From contig NC_068999.1 of the NCBI RefSeq assembly GCF_001194135.2, positions 1,602,821 through 1,666,820 on the forward strand: a stretch of 64,000 nucleotides of DNA, given 5' to 3'. Below are positions 1 to 13,005 of this stretch, piece by piece. Positions within the stretch are counted from its first letter, which is position 1. Every line of letters starts with the position of its first letter. The DNA is from Octopus bimaculoides (lineage: Eukaryota). Under the pieces are notes generated by a model. It did no database searches. It had not been told where the DNA came from and was given only the letters and a program-made list of their open reading frames with translations. The translations under genes were made by a program, and so were the position numbers.

Positions 1-598
1 AGGCATTTCTCGATATATTAAGAATATTATTTTGTGACTATTGTTGTTATTATTTTTATTATTAATGTTTTGTAAATCACTGAGACAAAGAAACTTAACT
101 GAAGGAAAATTCCGAACATGAGACGTAGAATGAAATGTTTACCTGTTTGCAGTAGCTGTCTGTGACTTCGAAATTTTGCTGAAAAATGCGCATCAACCCA
201 TGTTTCATAAGCGCTGCCCAACACAATATTTAGTTCGCCATACAAGATAATGCATACTCCGATAGACAAACTTCACACAAGACATCTTTCACATCTCAGG
301 ACAAACTCCGCCAGATATTAAACACTTCACCAAACGATCTAATCAGCACCGGACAATGCACATTGAACCTGGCGTTCCAGCTATGATCTACCTATCGTTT
401 TGTATATTAGGGAATATGCTTTCATCTAAATTATTCCATTTTTTAAGTTGGTAGCATGCGGATGAATTTCTATCAGGTCAAACGAACGCCTAGAAGAGTC
501 CTCATTTAATATTGTACATGATTGTTCTGTGCATGCAGTAATGTATTGCCGTTTTCTCTTCTTAACTGCAACTTCATCCTAACATTTCGCTCCTGCAG

Positions 599-705
599 GG
601 ACCTCGGAACAAAACTAATCAATATTATCACTTGCTTAGTAACTGTTGGCCATTTTAATATTGTGATGTTCCTATTCTACTCACATACATTCCTTGTGTG
701 TATAT
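599..705 (+). CDS. Candidate coding exon (xDLGTKLINIITCLVTVGHFNIVMFLFYSHTFLVCI; alternative donor after 638 gives GPRNKTNQYYHLL)
   Basis: Branch-like CCTAAC and pyrimidine tract before CAG (AG 597-598); GTGAGT donor at 706. Ends in phase 1, compatible with exon 4236. No homology recognised. Confidence 0.22.
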
Positions 706-974
706 GTGAGTAAGAGAGAGAGAGAGAGAAATTCTGTGTATGTAAACCTACGTAACAAAAATAAGCAAGCGTGGAAAACTTGAAGTATTTATTCGTAGCC
801 TGAAACAAAAATTAAAAGAACAACTTTAATAGATTTGCGATCGGTCTCATTAGAGTTGTCTGCGTCACTTAAACAATCCCAGAGAAACAGACCACCAATC
901 TGATTATATACTCAGCAAAAATCCAGTAGTTTAACATACACACACGTATTTGTATGTGTATGTACATGGATATA

Positions 975-1006
<32 letters not shown>

Positions 1007-2196
1007 NNNNNNNNNNNNNNNNNNNNNNNNNNNNNNNNNNNNNNNNNNNNNNNNNNNNNNNNNNNNNNNNNNNNNNNNNNNNNNNNNNNNNNNNNNNNNN
1101 NNNNNNNNNNNNNNNNNNNNNNNNNNNNNNNNNNNNNNNNNNNNNNNNNNNNNNNNNNNNNNNNNNNNNNNNNNNNNNNNNNNNNNNNNNNNNNNNNNNN
1201 NNNNNNNNNNNNNNNNNNNNNNNNNNNNNNNNNNNNNNNNNNNNNNNNNNNNNNNNNNNNNNNNNNNNNNNNNNNNNNNNNNNNNNNNNNNNNNNNNNNN
1301 NNNNNNNNNNNNNNNNNNNNNNNNNNNNNNNNNNNNNNNNNNNNNNNNNNNNNNNNNNNNNNNNNNNNNNNNNNNNNNNNNNNNNNNNNNNNNNNNNNNN
1401 NNNNNNNNNNNNNNNNNNNNATATATATATATATATATATATATATAGCATACGTATACAAGCATATATGTACGTATATATACATGTGTATTTGTATATG
1501 TGGTGGGAGAGATGTATATCTTCAGTGCTGCCAAGCGATATGAAATCTGCGCTAACACCATTAATGCACTGGCCTGTGTAACCCAATACAAAACTGTCAT
1601 ATTCTTTATGTTGTTATGCAAACTAAAGAAGTCATTAAATTCACAAATAATTTTTTTTTTTTTTAATTTATAAGAAATAACAAGAATTATCAAAAAAAAA
1701 AAAAGAACACAATCGAAAAGCAATTTCAAAAACAATAGCTAAAACAAATATGTTGTAATTCTGAAAATAGAGTGGCAGAGATTGCAAAATTGAATACGAT
1801 AAGATATCCTGCGTTAGAATTTATGGCCAAAAACAATACTGGTCTTGAATACGGAATGGCTCATTACACAATTTATGGCACTAATTTGGACATTTTCTCA
1901 CTGTTATCTGAACGGTTTTTCACACAGCTTCTTACGAGAAGTTTACACACAGGCAAATATATACGCACACATATCCGTAACATGAACGCGTATAAACTTA
2001 TATATGGATGCATCCATGTATGTATATATGTGTATGTATCTATGGTTTAAATTTAGAAATGTTTCACCAATATACACAGAAAGTCTGCTTCCAAATCAGA
2101 AACGAGATTCTTTCACTGTAATTTACTTAGCGACACTGTGGCCATGTATAAATAATGTTTTGCTTCTGAAATGCATGTGTGCATATTATCTTGTGT

Positions 2197-2247
<51 letters not shown>

Positions 2248-2489
2248 CTTTGACAGGGAAATCAATTATTAAAGAAAGCAAAATACGTTTCCTAGTTATG
2301 TTTTATAGGTAATGTATGTTCTCCAAGCGACTGCAAGCGAGAAATGACTCATAACGCTGCGCCAGGGACATCTGCACACCCACCCACCACCATTAGCATT
2401 GACAAGCATTTAGTTTCTTGGTTTGTTTTCTGTCGCTGCTCATAACTTCAATGATGTTTAATTGCTCAGCAAAAACAAAATTCCAGTTT

Positions 2490-2790
2490 ATAGAATCCAC
2501 GTTATAGAGTAGAGGAAGTCTATTGCCAGTATACAAAGTAGAGACAATATAAGTCTACGCTTTATTAAACAGATAATGTAAATCTACGTTATATAACAGT
2601 GGTATAACTTCGATTCTAAGTTATAGCGCAGAGGCAATAATTTAGACCGAGAGAGTATAGTGACAATATAATTGTATGTCTTATCGTAGAGATAAAAGAA
2701 TTGCAGTTGATAGGAAGGGGTGATATATTTCCACGGAAACAGTGTAGAAAATATATAACTCCAAGTTGTATAGTGTAGCGCAAATATATT
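2490..2790. repeat. Highly decayed ~30-bp minisatellite
   Basis: Recurring units resembling AATCYACGTTATA..GTAGAGRCAATAT (e.g. aatccacgttatagagtagagg, aaatctacgttatataacag, aactccaagttgtatagtgtag). Confidence 0.35.
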
Positions 2791-2951
2791 CACAGAAAAG
2801 AATGTCTATTTTCTCCAGTTACCATAATTATGTAAATAATAAATTATAACTTATTGATTTCGTATTTCTTTACATTCTCCATAAATGTCAGTTTGTTTAG
2901 TAAAAGGATTTCTGCTGCAAATTTTCTACACTCGCTATAATTACAATTATG

Positions 2952-2989
<38 letters not shown>

Positions 2990-3446
2990 CCCTTGAAATT
3001 GTTCGTGTTGTTGTTGTTGTTGTTGTTGCTGGTGGCGGTAGTGGCGCTGATGATGGTGATGGGGATACACTGCTGCTGCTGCTGCTGCTGCAACTGGTTG
3101 TCATTGTATTTGTTGCACTTGCTTTCTTGATGTTCTTTATAGGTTTTGGTTACATATTCCACTGTGAAACTTATTCATCCAACTTTTGTTTCCAACTCAA
3201 ACCCATTCTAACACAAGCGCATTCACGCACACACGATAACTACTCACACACACCCAAATACGCACACAAGCAGCACAAATGCACACACACACACGTAAAG
3301 CATTATAAAGTGATTTGCATGAGGGTATATTTAAATGCACATAACCAGCCATACGTTTATACATATATACAGCTCTATACATATATTTATATATGTATAC
3401 ATGCATATATATATATACGTGTATATATACATACATACATATATAA

Positions 3447-3477
<31 letters not shown>

Positions 3478-3600
3478 TACATGTGTATCTATATGAGTTC
3501 AGCAAAAGTTTAGAATCTGATAAATATCGTACTTAAGTTGAAGCACCAGAATTTAGTATGGTATTATCCATACAATTTCAAAATAAGGTGATTATAATCA

Positions 3601-3945
3601 AAATAAGCAACAATGATATCCAGAGATGATGCAGTACGATCGTTTCATGCAAGTCCATTTAATTGAACAATGCAACCATTATATCAGTTTAAATGCAAAG
3701 CAATCATCAGCTGCACAAAGACATAGAATTTAATTAACTGAAAAAACTGATGGACACATTAGTATAATTTTGCCTAAAATCTCCCAAAATTTAAGGCGAT
3801 AGACAAAGAATATGCCGCCTTTCCTTTCCGTGCAGCTGAAGATTGTTCTGCATTTAAATTGATGTAATGGTTGCATTGTTCAATTAAATGGAGTTGCGCG
3901 AATCGATCGTACTACATTACCTCTGGATATCCCTGTTGCTTATTT
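3601..3945. repeat. Long inverted repeat (116-bp arms, 113-bp spacer); foldback/MITE-like
   Basis: 3601-3716 is the reverse complement of 3830-3945 with 14 mismatches and no gaps (~88%), counted by hand. Confidence 0.9.
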
Positions 3946-3998
3946 ATATATATATATACATACATACATATATACATACATACATACATACGTACATG

Positions 3999-4126
<128 letters not shown>

Positions 4127-4235
4127 AGAACTTTCAGCAGATATTCATAGACATATAAAGAAGGAGAGAGTGTCTGAAAGAGGGGAGAGGGAGAGAGGTG
4201 AACGGTAGTTCTTCTGCAAGCGATTTTCATTTCAG

Positions 4236-4279
4236 ATAAATGGCTGCAAATGAAATTATTACATCGTAACAGAGACAAG
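4236..4279 (+). CDS. Candidate coding exon (xKWLQMKLLHRNRDK)
   Basis: Acceptor cgattttcatttcag, donor AAG|gtagac; 44 nt, only one open frame (phase 1 to 0). Confidence 0.3.
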
Positions 4280-4647
4280 GTAGACATTGACATTACACAT
4301 ATAACGTTACGATAATTTTCGTTTCATTTCGCCGTATGATATAACAGTGTCTATGAAAACATTTGGTGGATGTTGTATATGTATAAATTATGTATATGTA
4401 TAAATATGTATATGCATAAATTAGTCTCATTGAATGCCCTGGTATACTGATACGGTAAGTAATACCCAAGCAGTTGGTGGTTTTATAACTAAAATTTCGT
4501 GAAATACGACAATATGAAGATAAGCTAAAATAATATCATAATAGTAAAACCACAAAACCGAATATAAATTAGCATCTGCGATTTCCTTTCCTGTATACTG
4601 CTTCAACGACGTGCAGACATGTTTGGGTGGTTAATATCTTCACTTCG

Positions 4648-5061
4648 TAAGGCGGCGAACTGGCAGAATCGTTAGCACGACGGGCGAAATGCTTAGCGGT
4701 ATTTCGTCTGCCGTTACGTTCTGAGTTGAAATTCTGCCGAGGTCGACTTTGCCTTTCATCCTTTCTGGGTCGAAAATTTAAGTACCAGTTACGCAGTGGG
4801 GTCGATGTAATCGACTTAATCCCTTTGTGTCCCCTATGTTTAGCCCCTTGTGGGCACTAAAGATATAAGAAACGTTAGCACGCCGGACGAAAAACTTGGT
4901 ATTTTGTCTGTCTTTACGTTCTGATTTCAAATTCTGCCGAGGTCGATTTGCCTTTCATCCTTTCGAGGTCGATAAATTAAGTACCAGTCGCGTACTGAGG
5001 TCGATCTAATCGACTGGCTCCCTCATCAAAAATTTCGTACCTTGTGCCTAGAGTAGAAAAG
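4648..5061 (+). mobile_element. Dimeric tRNA-derived SINE (family A), full length with TSD
   Basis: Two tandem monomers each with GTTCTGAGTT(C/G)AAATTC(C/T)GCCGAGGTCGA(C)TTTGCCTTTCATCCTTTC..GGTCGA body; 15-bp TSD aatat(c/a)ttcacttcg at 4633-4647 and 5062-5076; homologous copies at 41032 and 49371. Confidence 0.92.
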
Positions 5062-5076
5062 AATATATTCACTTCG

Positions 5077-5090
5077 CCACCAGATGGCTG
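5077..5090 (+). promoter_or_regulatory. CTCF-like motif CCACCAGATGGCTG
   Basis: Close match to the CTCF core CCASYAGRKGGCR; binding not shown. Confidence 0.4.
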
Positions 5091-5139
5091 AGAGTAACTT
5101 CTCAATAGGAACTGAGTCGAGTGCATGCTGGTCCTTTGA

Positions 5140-5220
5140 TTTGTCTCATCCAATGACGAAGCGGTTCGGCAAAAATAACGACAGAATAAGGTGAGGGTTG
5201 TTCGCTTTGTTCGAGTCTGC
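5140..5220 (+). mobile_element. SINE family B 3' tail fragment
   Basis: gcggttcggcaaaaataacgacagaataag...ttcg matches the tails of copies at 34160 and 53576. Confidence 0.55.
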
Positions 5221-5937
5221 TCTTTCAACCGATTTTCCGAAAGATTACCCATAATCCTCTCACTGAAATATCTAAAACCATAAAGCAATTTGGTTTATTA
5301 GAGCAATAAGTGAACATTAGCGTCGCAAATTTTGAGGCTTCACATCAGTCAAATACGGTCAACGTATTACCGGCGTCCGGGATGATGGAGAAGTTTCTGG
5401 CACCTGAGGCAAATAAAACATGATATATTGTTTAACACCAAGGTCTGCGACAAGATACTTTCGCCATTGGTACCCAGGAGGGTTTAACAATCGCATTCAT
5501 ATAACCATCATCGAAATAAGTCTGTGTGCATGTGTGTGTTCATCTATATGTGCGTGTATGCATGTAGTTGGGAATCAAACTACTCACTAAACAGTACAGC
5601 CAATCCTACGCCCACACGCATAGGCACTCTGTCATTTTAGTGACGACTATATTCTGCGTTTTGGTTTTAAATTGCGAATAGCCATTTGATAATAGCCATT
5701 TAATAATTTATGTGCGTGTGCGTGCGCGTGCGCGTGCGTGCGCTTTCCCGCGCGTATATATTTATATATGTACACGCATGATGCAGCAATGTTGAGCAAA
5801 AGTTATCGTTGTAGTCTTTTTTTATTTAACAACATAAATATGCTTCTATATCAAAAGTATTAACTGATACTAGAATTTAGTATTTCAATGGTTTTATATA
5901 TAACTTTGCATAAAGATATTTCATAATGTATATATAT

Positions 5938-5972
<35 letters not shown>

Positions 5973-6693
5973 NNNNNNNNNNNNNNNNNNNNNNNNNNNN
6001 NNNNNNNNNNNNNNNNNNNNNNNNNNNNNNNNNNNNNNNNNNNNNNNNNNNNNNNNNNNNNNNNNNNNNNNNNNNNNNNNNNNNNNNNNNNNNNNNNNNN
6101 NNNNNNNNNNNNNNNNNNNNNNNNNNNNNNNNNNNNNNNNCACACACACACGCTTTTAGCCTACGTGTGAATGTATGCAAATGGAATGGTAGTTTCAGGC
6201 GGTTGTCTTCTTTCACCTGTGACGTCTTCCTCACATTCCGCTATTTAAAATAACAATAAAACTGTCTTTGTAGCAAATATGTCTACCACAGATTGAACGT
6301 ACAAGGGAGAGAAGATGGCGGTGCTGAACAGGGTGGCGTATAATCATCTGTTGCTGCCTGCGCTGATAAAGAAACACATTAGATTTACACAAAAATAATC
6401 CCAATAAAACAAACAAACGCATGCGCGTGGATATGTGTGAGTACAAATCTGATATACGTATATAATAATATGAATATAAAATATACTGTTCAATCATGGG
6501 TGTGTATGCATAAATGTAGGGTATAGATTAATGCATACATAGATATGTGTATGGTCATAAATATGTACTTTTTTATGTGTTTGTATTTATGTATAACATG
6601 CATATAGATTTTCCTCCGTCTTCAGCGCATTTAATTCTATAGTAATCATCGTATTTTGAAAAACTGCTTAGCATGTATATGCATGCATATATT

Positions 6694-6728
<35 letters not shown>

Positions 6729-6732
6729 GAAA

Positions 6733-6788
<56 letters not shown>

Positions 6789-6858
6789 ATATATATATAT
6801 ACGTATATATGTATATATATGCGTGTGTGTGTGCATATACACATACATATATACAGGC

Positions 6859-6941
<83 letters not shown>

Positions 6942-7076
6942 TATATATGTATATATGCATATATGTATATATACATGCAGATATATATACATATAGACTC
7001 ATGTATACATACATACATACATGCATACATATATACACATGCTTACATACATACATATATACATGCATACATACAC

Positions 7077-7118
<42 letters not shown>

Positions 7119-7169
7119 GCGAAAGCATCTTTTCCGTAGCATTGCTTGTATCTAATTCATTGCGAACAG

Positions 7170-7241
7170 CAAGACAGGCAATCTCTGAGGCAATCATTGG
7201 CACCAGAAATGCTACACAGAAAACGGGCTTCCATAGAAATG
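7170..7241 (+). CDS. Candidate coding exon ([24 protein letters not shown])
   Basis: CTAAT branch-like site then aacag acceptor; ATG|gtaatg donor; exactly 72 nt, phase 0-0, non-repetitive composition. Confidence 0.35.
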
Positions 7242-7799
7242 GTAATGAATGTTTCAAGACAGAATTTTTTGCCTTGAGGAATAAATGTCAATTTATGAGA
7301 GATGAAGAATACAACTTGCCAACGCACAGCCTCCGCTTGCTTTTACAAATTCATGGCTTTCCTATTCGAAGATTTTCTCTGTAGTTTATTTAGGTATTTG
7401 GAATTTATTTGTGAGGTTTATTTTAGGCTTTTTGTTTGTTACTTTTTTTCTTTCTTTTCTTATAGCTTGTCACGTTTGTCTTTTAAAATTTTGTCTGTGT
7501 ATTTATTTAAGGTTATTCTTATGGATATTCGTAATACTATCGTTATCATTATGAAATGTCATCACCGCCATCACCGTCATCATCGTCAGCATCATCGTCG
7601 TCATCGTCGTCGTCGTCGTCGTCGTCATTCTCATCATCATCATCTTAATATGCATTTTTAAATGCAAGTATTAGTTACATCTAGGATAACACGCATGAAT
7701 TTATCCATAACTTTATAATTAGTATTATTTATTACTATTGTTATTGTTATTTATTATTTATTATTTATTATTATTGCTATTATTATTTATTATTTATTG

Positions 7800-7831
<32 letters not shown>

Positions 7832-7835
7832 GTTA

Positions 7836-8000
7836 AATGGCAGAAGTTCCGAAGTGCTAGCACCTCGGATGACATGCTTCGCATCATTTCTTCATGTTTT
7901 GCGGTTCGGAGTTCAAATTCCTCCGTGATCGATTTTATATATTATCCATGTGGAGTCAATAAAATAAGATTAAAAAAAGTTGAGCACTTGGGTTGTAAAC
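7836..8000 (+). mobile_element. Old degenerate SINE family A monomer
   Basis: ggcagaa...ctagcac...gagttcaaattcctccgtgatcgatttt...gtcaataaaataag aligns by eye to the 4648 copy. Confidence 0.65.
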
Positions 8001-8234
8001 CCTCTGTCATTTGGGGGTCGCCGAAGCACCACTTATCAATCTCTTGACGTGAAAAAATCGGTAAGTTTCCTTATTCTGGAACCTGTGTTTCCCACGAAGA
8101 TGAAACAGAATTTGAAGTCAAGATCAGGAAAAAGAACGCAATTTCAGTATTTCGTTGCCTTCGTCCAATATGGAGACCAAAATCCATCACTAAGAAGACA
8201 AATCTACAACAATACTCATTTATTATTTTACCAG

Positions 8235-8267
8235 CAGCCATCTACATCTACAAAACCTGACAAGTAG
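8235..8267 (+). CDS. Candidate terminal coding exon (QPSTSTKPDK*)
   Basis: Acceptor ttattattttaccag (NAGNAG), phase 0, TAG at 8265-8267; continues the frame of exon 7170. Confidence 0.25.
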   Translation, partial: QPSTSTKPDK

Positions 8268-9594
8268 CGAAGATCTCGCAACTGCTGGACGTGTCCTTGG
8301 CGGAGGTTTGAGCTCTCTGAGTGCTCTTGTTATTATCATTATTATTATTATCATTATTATTATTATCATTATTATTAATTTCCTAGTTTTTAGTATTAAT
8401 CTTGCTGTTGCACTTGTTGTCGTTGGAGTTTATGTTAATGCCGATGTTGCTGCTGATGGTGTTGATGATGGAATTTTACTAAAACCTGTTTACGTTGATA
8501 AGAAACCGATTTGAAATTAAATCACATAATGAAGATGACACGTCAGGTATAATGATATATACATACATTCATACCCACTTGCACACACATACATACATTC
8601 AAACATACATACATTCACACATATATACATACATACAGACAAGCATGCATACACACACATGCATACATACCTATATGTGTGTGTATGTGTGTGTTCTGCG
8701 TGTGCGTGTATATATGTTTGTGTGTGTGCGCGCACAGGTGTGTGTGCATATATGTGTGCATGTGTGTGTTCTGCGTGTGCATGCTTATATATTTATATGT
8801 GTGTCTGCCTATGTTTGAGATTGTGTATATGTGTGTGTGTGTGTATATGTGTCTGTATGTATGTGTATATATACGTTTGTATATATGTGAGTATATGTGT
8901 GTTCTACCTGTGCGTTTATGTATATGATGTATACGTGTGTGTGAGTTTTACGTGTGAGTGTATGTATATGTATATGTGTGTGTATATATGTGTTTGTGTG
9001 TGTGTGTGATTATGCAACGATCTAGACACGTACGCATGGTGCTGAACAGAAGTGGAAATCGTGCTTATATTTTCCTTTGAGTAAACACAATATGTTCGAT
9101 ATGTGCAAGAAAAAAATTTACGAGATAAGATATGTACTTTTACTCCCTATTAAAAAATGTATACAACCGCATATGCAAAACATGAATATATTCACAATTA
9201 TCAACAGACACATATAAAACACTACCTATACCTATATACACATGTGTGTGTATTTATACATGTCTGTATGTATATGGATACTTCTTTCTATGTGTGTGTG
9301 TGTATACATGTATATATATATATATCTGTAGCAATATGTTTATAATGTATGTCTGGTTTCCTGTATAGGGGGGTGTGTGTGTCAGTGTGTGTAAGTGTGT
9401 GATTGTGTGTGTGTTATGACAATATTTGTTTTGTTTATAGCGATACAATAAAACCAGACAGGTAACGCTGAGATTAAATTATCAGTAAATAAATAAAATA
9501 AAATAAAATTGAAGCAGAAATTGAAACCCAAGAAATAGCAAGATTTAGAGAGATTTCGAAAATAATCTCTCAATACACAGATATATGCGAAAAT

Positions 9595-9645
<51 letters not shown>

Positions 9646-11019
9646 NNNNNNNNNNNNNNNNNNNNNNNNNNNNNNNNNNNNNNNNNNNNNNNNNNNNNNN
9701 NNNNNNNNNNNNNNNNNNNNNNNNNNNNNNNNNNNNNNNNNNNNNNNNNNNNNNNNNNNNNNNNNNNNNNNNNNNNNNNNNNNNNNNNNNNNNNNNNNNN
9801 NNNNNNNNNNNNNNNNNNNNNNNNNNNNNNNNNNNNNNNNNNNNNNNNNNNNNNNNNNNNNNNNNNNNNNNNNNNNNNNNNNNNNNNNNNNNNNNNNNNN
9901 NNNNNNNNNNNNNNNNNNNNNNNNNNNNNNNNNNNNNNNNNNNNNNNNNNNNNNNNNNNNNNNNNNNNNNNNNNNNNNNNNNNNNNNNNNNNNNNNNNNN
10001 NNNNNNNNNNNNNNNNNNNNNNNNNNNNNNNNNNNNNNNNNNNNNNNNNNNNNNNNNNNNNNNNNNNNNNNNNNNNNNNNNNNNNNNNNNNNNNNNNNNN
10101 NNNNNNNNNNNNNNNNNNNNNNNNNNNNNNNNNNNNNNNNNNNNNNNNNNNNNNNNNNNNATATATATATATATATAATGGAGAGTGGTAAGGTACGGGC
10201 TTTCACAAAACATTGGTCGGCTCTCGATTGTATTACAAAAGAACTACCCAATGTGCCCCGCTGTGTAGCCTAGCCTAAAACCTCAAGGTTGAAAAGAGAC
10301 CATTTTATCCACACGGATTATTGGCATGGATTAAGGAAGGAAATAGTAATTATGAATGGTAGCGCTCATTAATTTTGTGAATAAGTTTGATTTGTAAGGC
10401 TGGGCTTTAAGGATGATCGAGAAAATGCTTTGAGGGAAACCCGTATATTTCTGACAGATATAATAAACTTTGAAGGGGATAATTCATTATGCCAATAAAT
10501 TTTATATCTATATTACTAACATCATTAGTAATTAGATGAGATATTTCAATGTGATTGTTTCACTTACCTAATTAGTCAACTTTTAATCTTTATTTAATTT
10601 ATTATAGTGAATTATTAGTGCGTAGAGGATTTCAGAATAATATTTATTTAAGTGATAACGAGCGCCGAATTTAAGAAGATGAGATCTGGGCTATGGGCGA
10701 ATTCTTTGCTTTCAGAAACCACTTAAATTTGGAATTGATTTTACCTAGAGCTGAAATGTATGCTTCTAAAAGATTTTCCCTTTTCATATACATATTATAA
10801 TTAATTTTGCCGAATCGCCTCTTAATTAGCATATTCAGAATACAATATCAGTACAGGGAGTGAGCGAATTAATTAATTATAGAGATAACTCAAACTGAAT
10901 TTGTATACTCAAGATTAATTGCCCTTTAGAAGAAATCCACATATTCATTGAGTATTTAAAAGTACGATTATGATTAGTAAGGTTTTTAAAGATTTAAGAG
11001 TCAAGAAATTTCCGTACAG

Positions 11020-11097
11020 ATATATGCATAATCATTCGACAACATTATCAGCCTATATTTGGAGAGTGAAAAAGAGAAGCATTTTCATCAGGTCCAG
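11020..11097 (+). CDS. Candidate exon (xYMHNHSTTLSAYIWRVKKRSIFIRS)
   Basis: tttccgtacag acceptor, strong CAG|gtaagc donor, 78 nt phase 2-2; alternative acceptors before 11052 and 11092. Confidence 0.2.
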
Positions 11098-11478
11098 GTA
11101 AGCACTTTAGAGAAGAGAAAATCCATATAACTGAATCTACAGTTTCTGCATTGTGGCTTTACAAAAGAACACGCACGTATGTACATACATATGTGAGGTA
11201 GAATGCAGGTGCATTGAGGTACCAGACCATGTTTATATAGTTTGTATCTATGTTTGGATATGTGGCTTTGTATGTACTTGTACGTATCTCTTTTTCTATC
11301 TATGTCTTCTGTAAACACAAAATTGCAATGATACAAATTGCCAGTCATTCGTAATTCCAGCTACTGTTATATATTGTCTTGCTAAGGAAAAAACGTATTC
11401 CGTTCAACAGCGGCTAACGAGGCAAAAAGTCAACGAAACATCAAGATAACCTACAGAGTAGTTTTTATTTATTTATGA

Positions 11479-11480
<2 letters not shown>

Positions 11481-11560
<80 letters not shown>
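11481..11560. repeat. Compound (TA)n(GA)n microsatellite
   Basis: Direct reading. Confidence 0.97.
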
Positions 11561-11562
<2 letters not shown>

Positions 11563-11579
11563 ATAGATTATCTTCTTCC

Positions 11580-11913
11580 TCACATTGGCTCCTGCCCTCA
11601 GCTCCTTTCACGTCTCCCATTTATTGATTACGCACATCTACACTGCATGGCCGTCTATACTTCAACACTTGCTCACCACCTCTATACATATACACCCACC
11701 ACACGATGACCGACACATAATTCATCTGTTCTGCTCATTTCCAGGCATGAACACACAACCACTTGTTCCTCTCTTTCGAGCTTCTCTGCTTAGAACAACA
11801 TTGTCATCTGGTTTCTAATCCAACTCATTGCCCGGTTTTTATTTTGCCCACTAAATATTTATCTGCTTCTCTCTTTTTTCTGATGAAGGACTAACTTCCG
11901 CAACGTTAGACAT
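11580..11913 (+). mobile_element. Probable PLE pseudo-LTR relic ending in a hammerhead-like core
   Basis: Pyrimidine-rich unique segment ending CTGATGA-A-GGA ctaact TCC-GCAA-CGTT (11880-11907); GAAA box mutated to GCAA. Confidence 0.4.
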
Positions 11914-12613
11914 AATCGCTGACCGTTGAAGAGTTAAGCTTATAGCGCATTTGTTAAATTTCGTTCTTCTCATAATGTCACGTTTACGTTCAATATATCT
12001 GTCCTATACGTATATATATATGTATGTGTGCTTTTATATTTGCGAATATGTATATGTATACATGGTTTTTGCGTGTGTGTAAATTGGGATGGAAAATAGG
12101 GGAAAAAAGTGTGGAAGGAAACAGAGAAAGTAAAAAGAAGAAAAGTAGAATGCTAAACAATGCTGACACTTATGTATACATTATTACAGAAAAAATCTTG
12201 TATGGAAGCACAAAGAAAAAAACTAAAAAAATTCAATCGGAAGAATACAGAAAAATAACTAAACAGGAAGTCATAAAAGACAAAAAGAGGTAGATTGAGG
12301 GGACAGGTAAACAATACGAGAGAGGAAAGAAGATAGGTGTAAAGCAAGGAGGGAAAGAGAAAGAGAGAGAAAGCAAGGATAGGAGTGATTATGTATATGT
12401 GTATATATATATATATATAAATGAGCGATTATTCATATATATATATATATATATATGAGTGATTATTCATATATGTATGTATATATATATATATATATAT
12501 ATATGGAGAGAGAGAGAGAGAGATAGAATACGAAGAAATTATTTTAGTAGTCATATATATCGGTTGAAGTTCGTTGCACACAAATGGTTTGGTTTCATCA
12601 TCTGACAGAAAAT

Positions 12614-12682
<69 letters not shown>
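12614..12682. repeat. (TAG)n microsatellite
   Basis: About 23 perfect units. Confidence 0.97.
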
Positions 12683-12684
<2 letters not shown>

Positions 12685-12954
12685 ATAGTTATTGTTGGTG
12701 GTGGAGTAACTATTTGCTTGTTTTTTTTAGTACTCTTTACTAGTGGTGTGTCAAGAACTTTTTTCTTTTCACAATTTGGGGAGATCTATTATGAAACGGA
12801 AGATGAAGGGAACAAGCAAACAAAAATCCAATTCTATATTTATATGCTCACACGTACATACACAGATACATAAATCAATACATATACAAATATACACACA
12901 CAAACACACATAGATGACGAGACAGACTGATAAAAAATGTGTGTGTGTGTATGA

Positions 12955-13005
<51 letters not shown>

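Noticed and set aside
7980-8060. Exon STWVVNPLSFGGRRSTTYQSLDVKKS ending at strong donor CG|gtaagt (8061)
   Set aside because: No pyrimidine-tract acceptor, and its 5' part lies in a decayed SINE.
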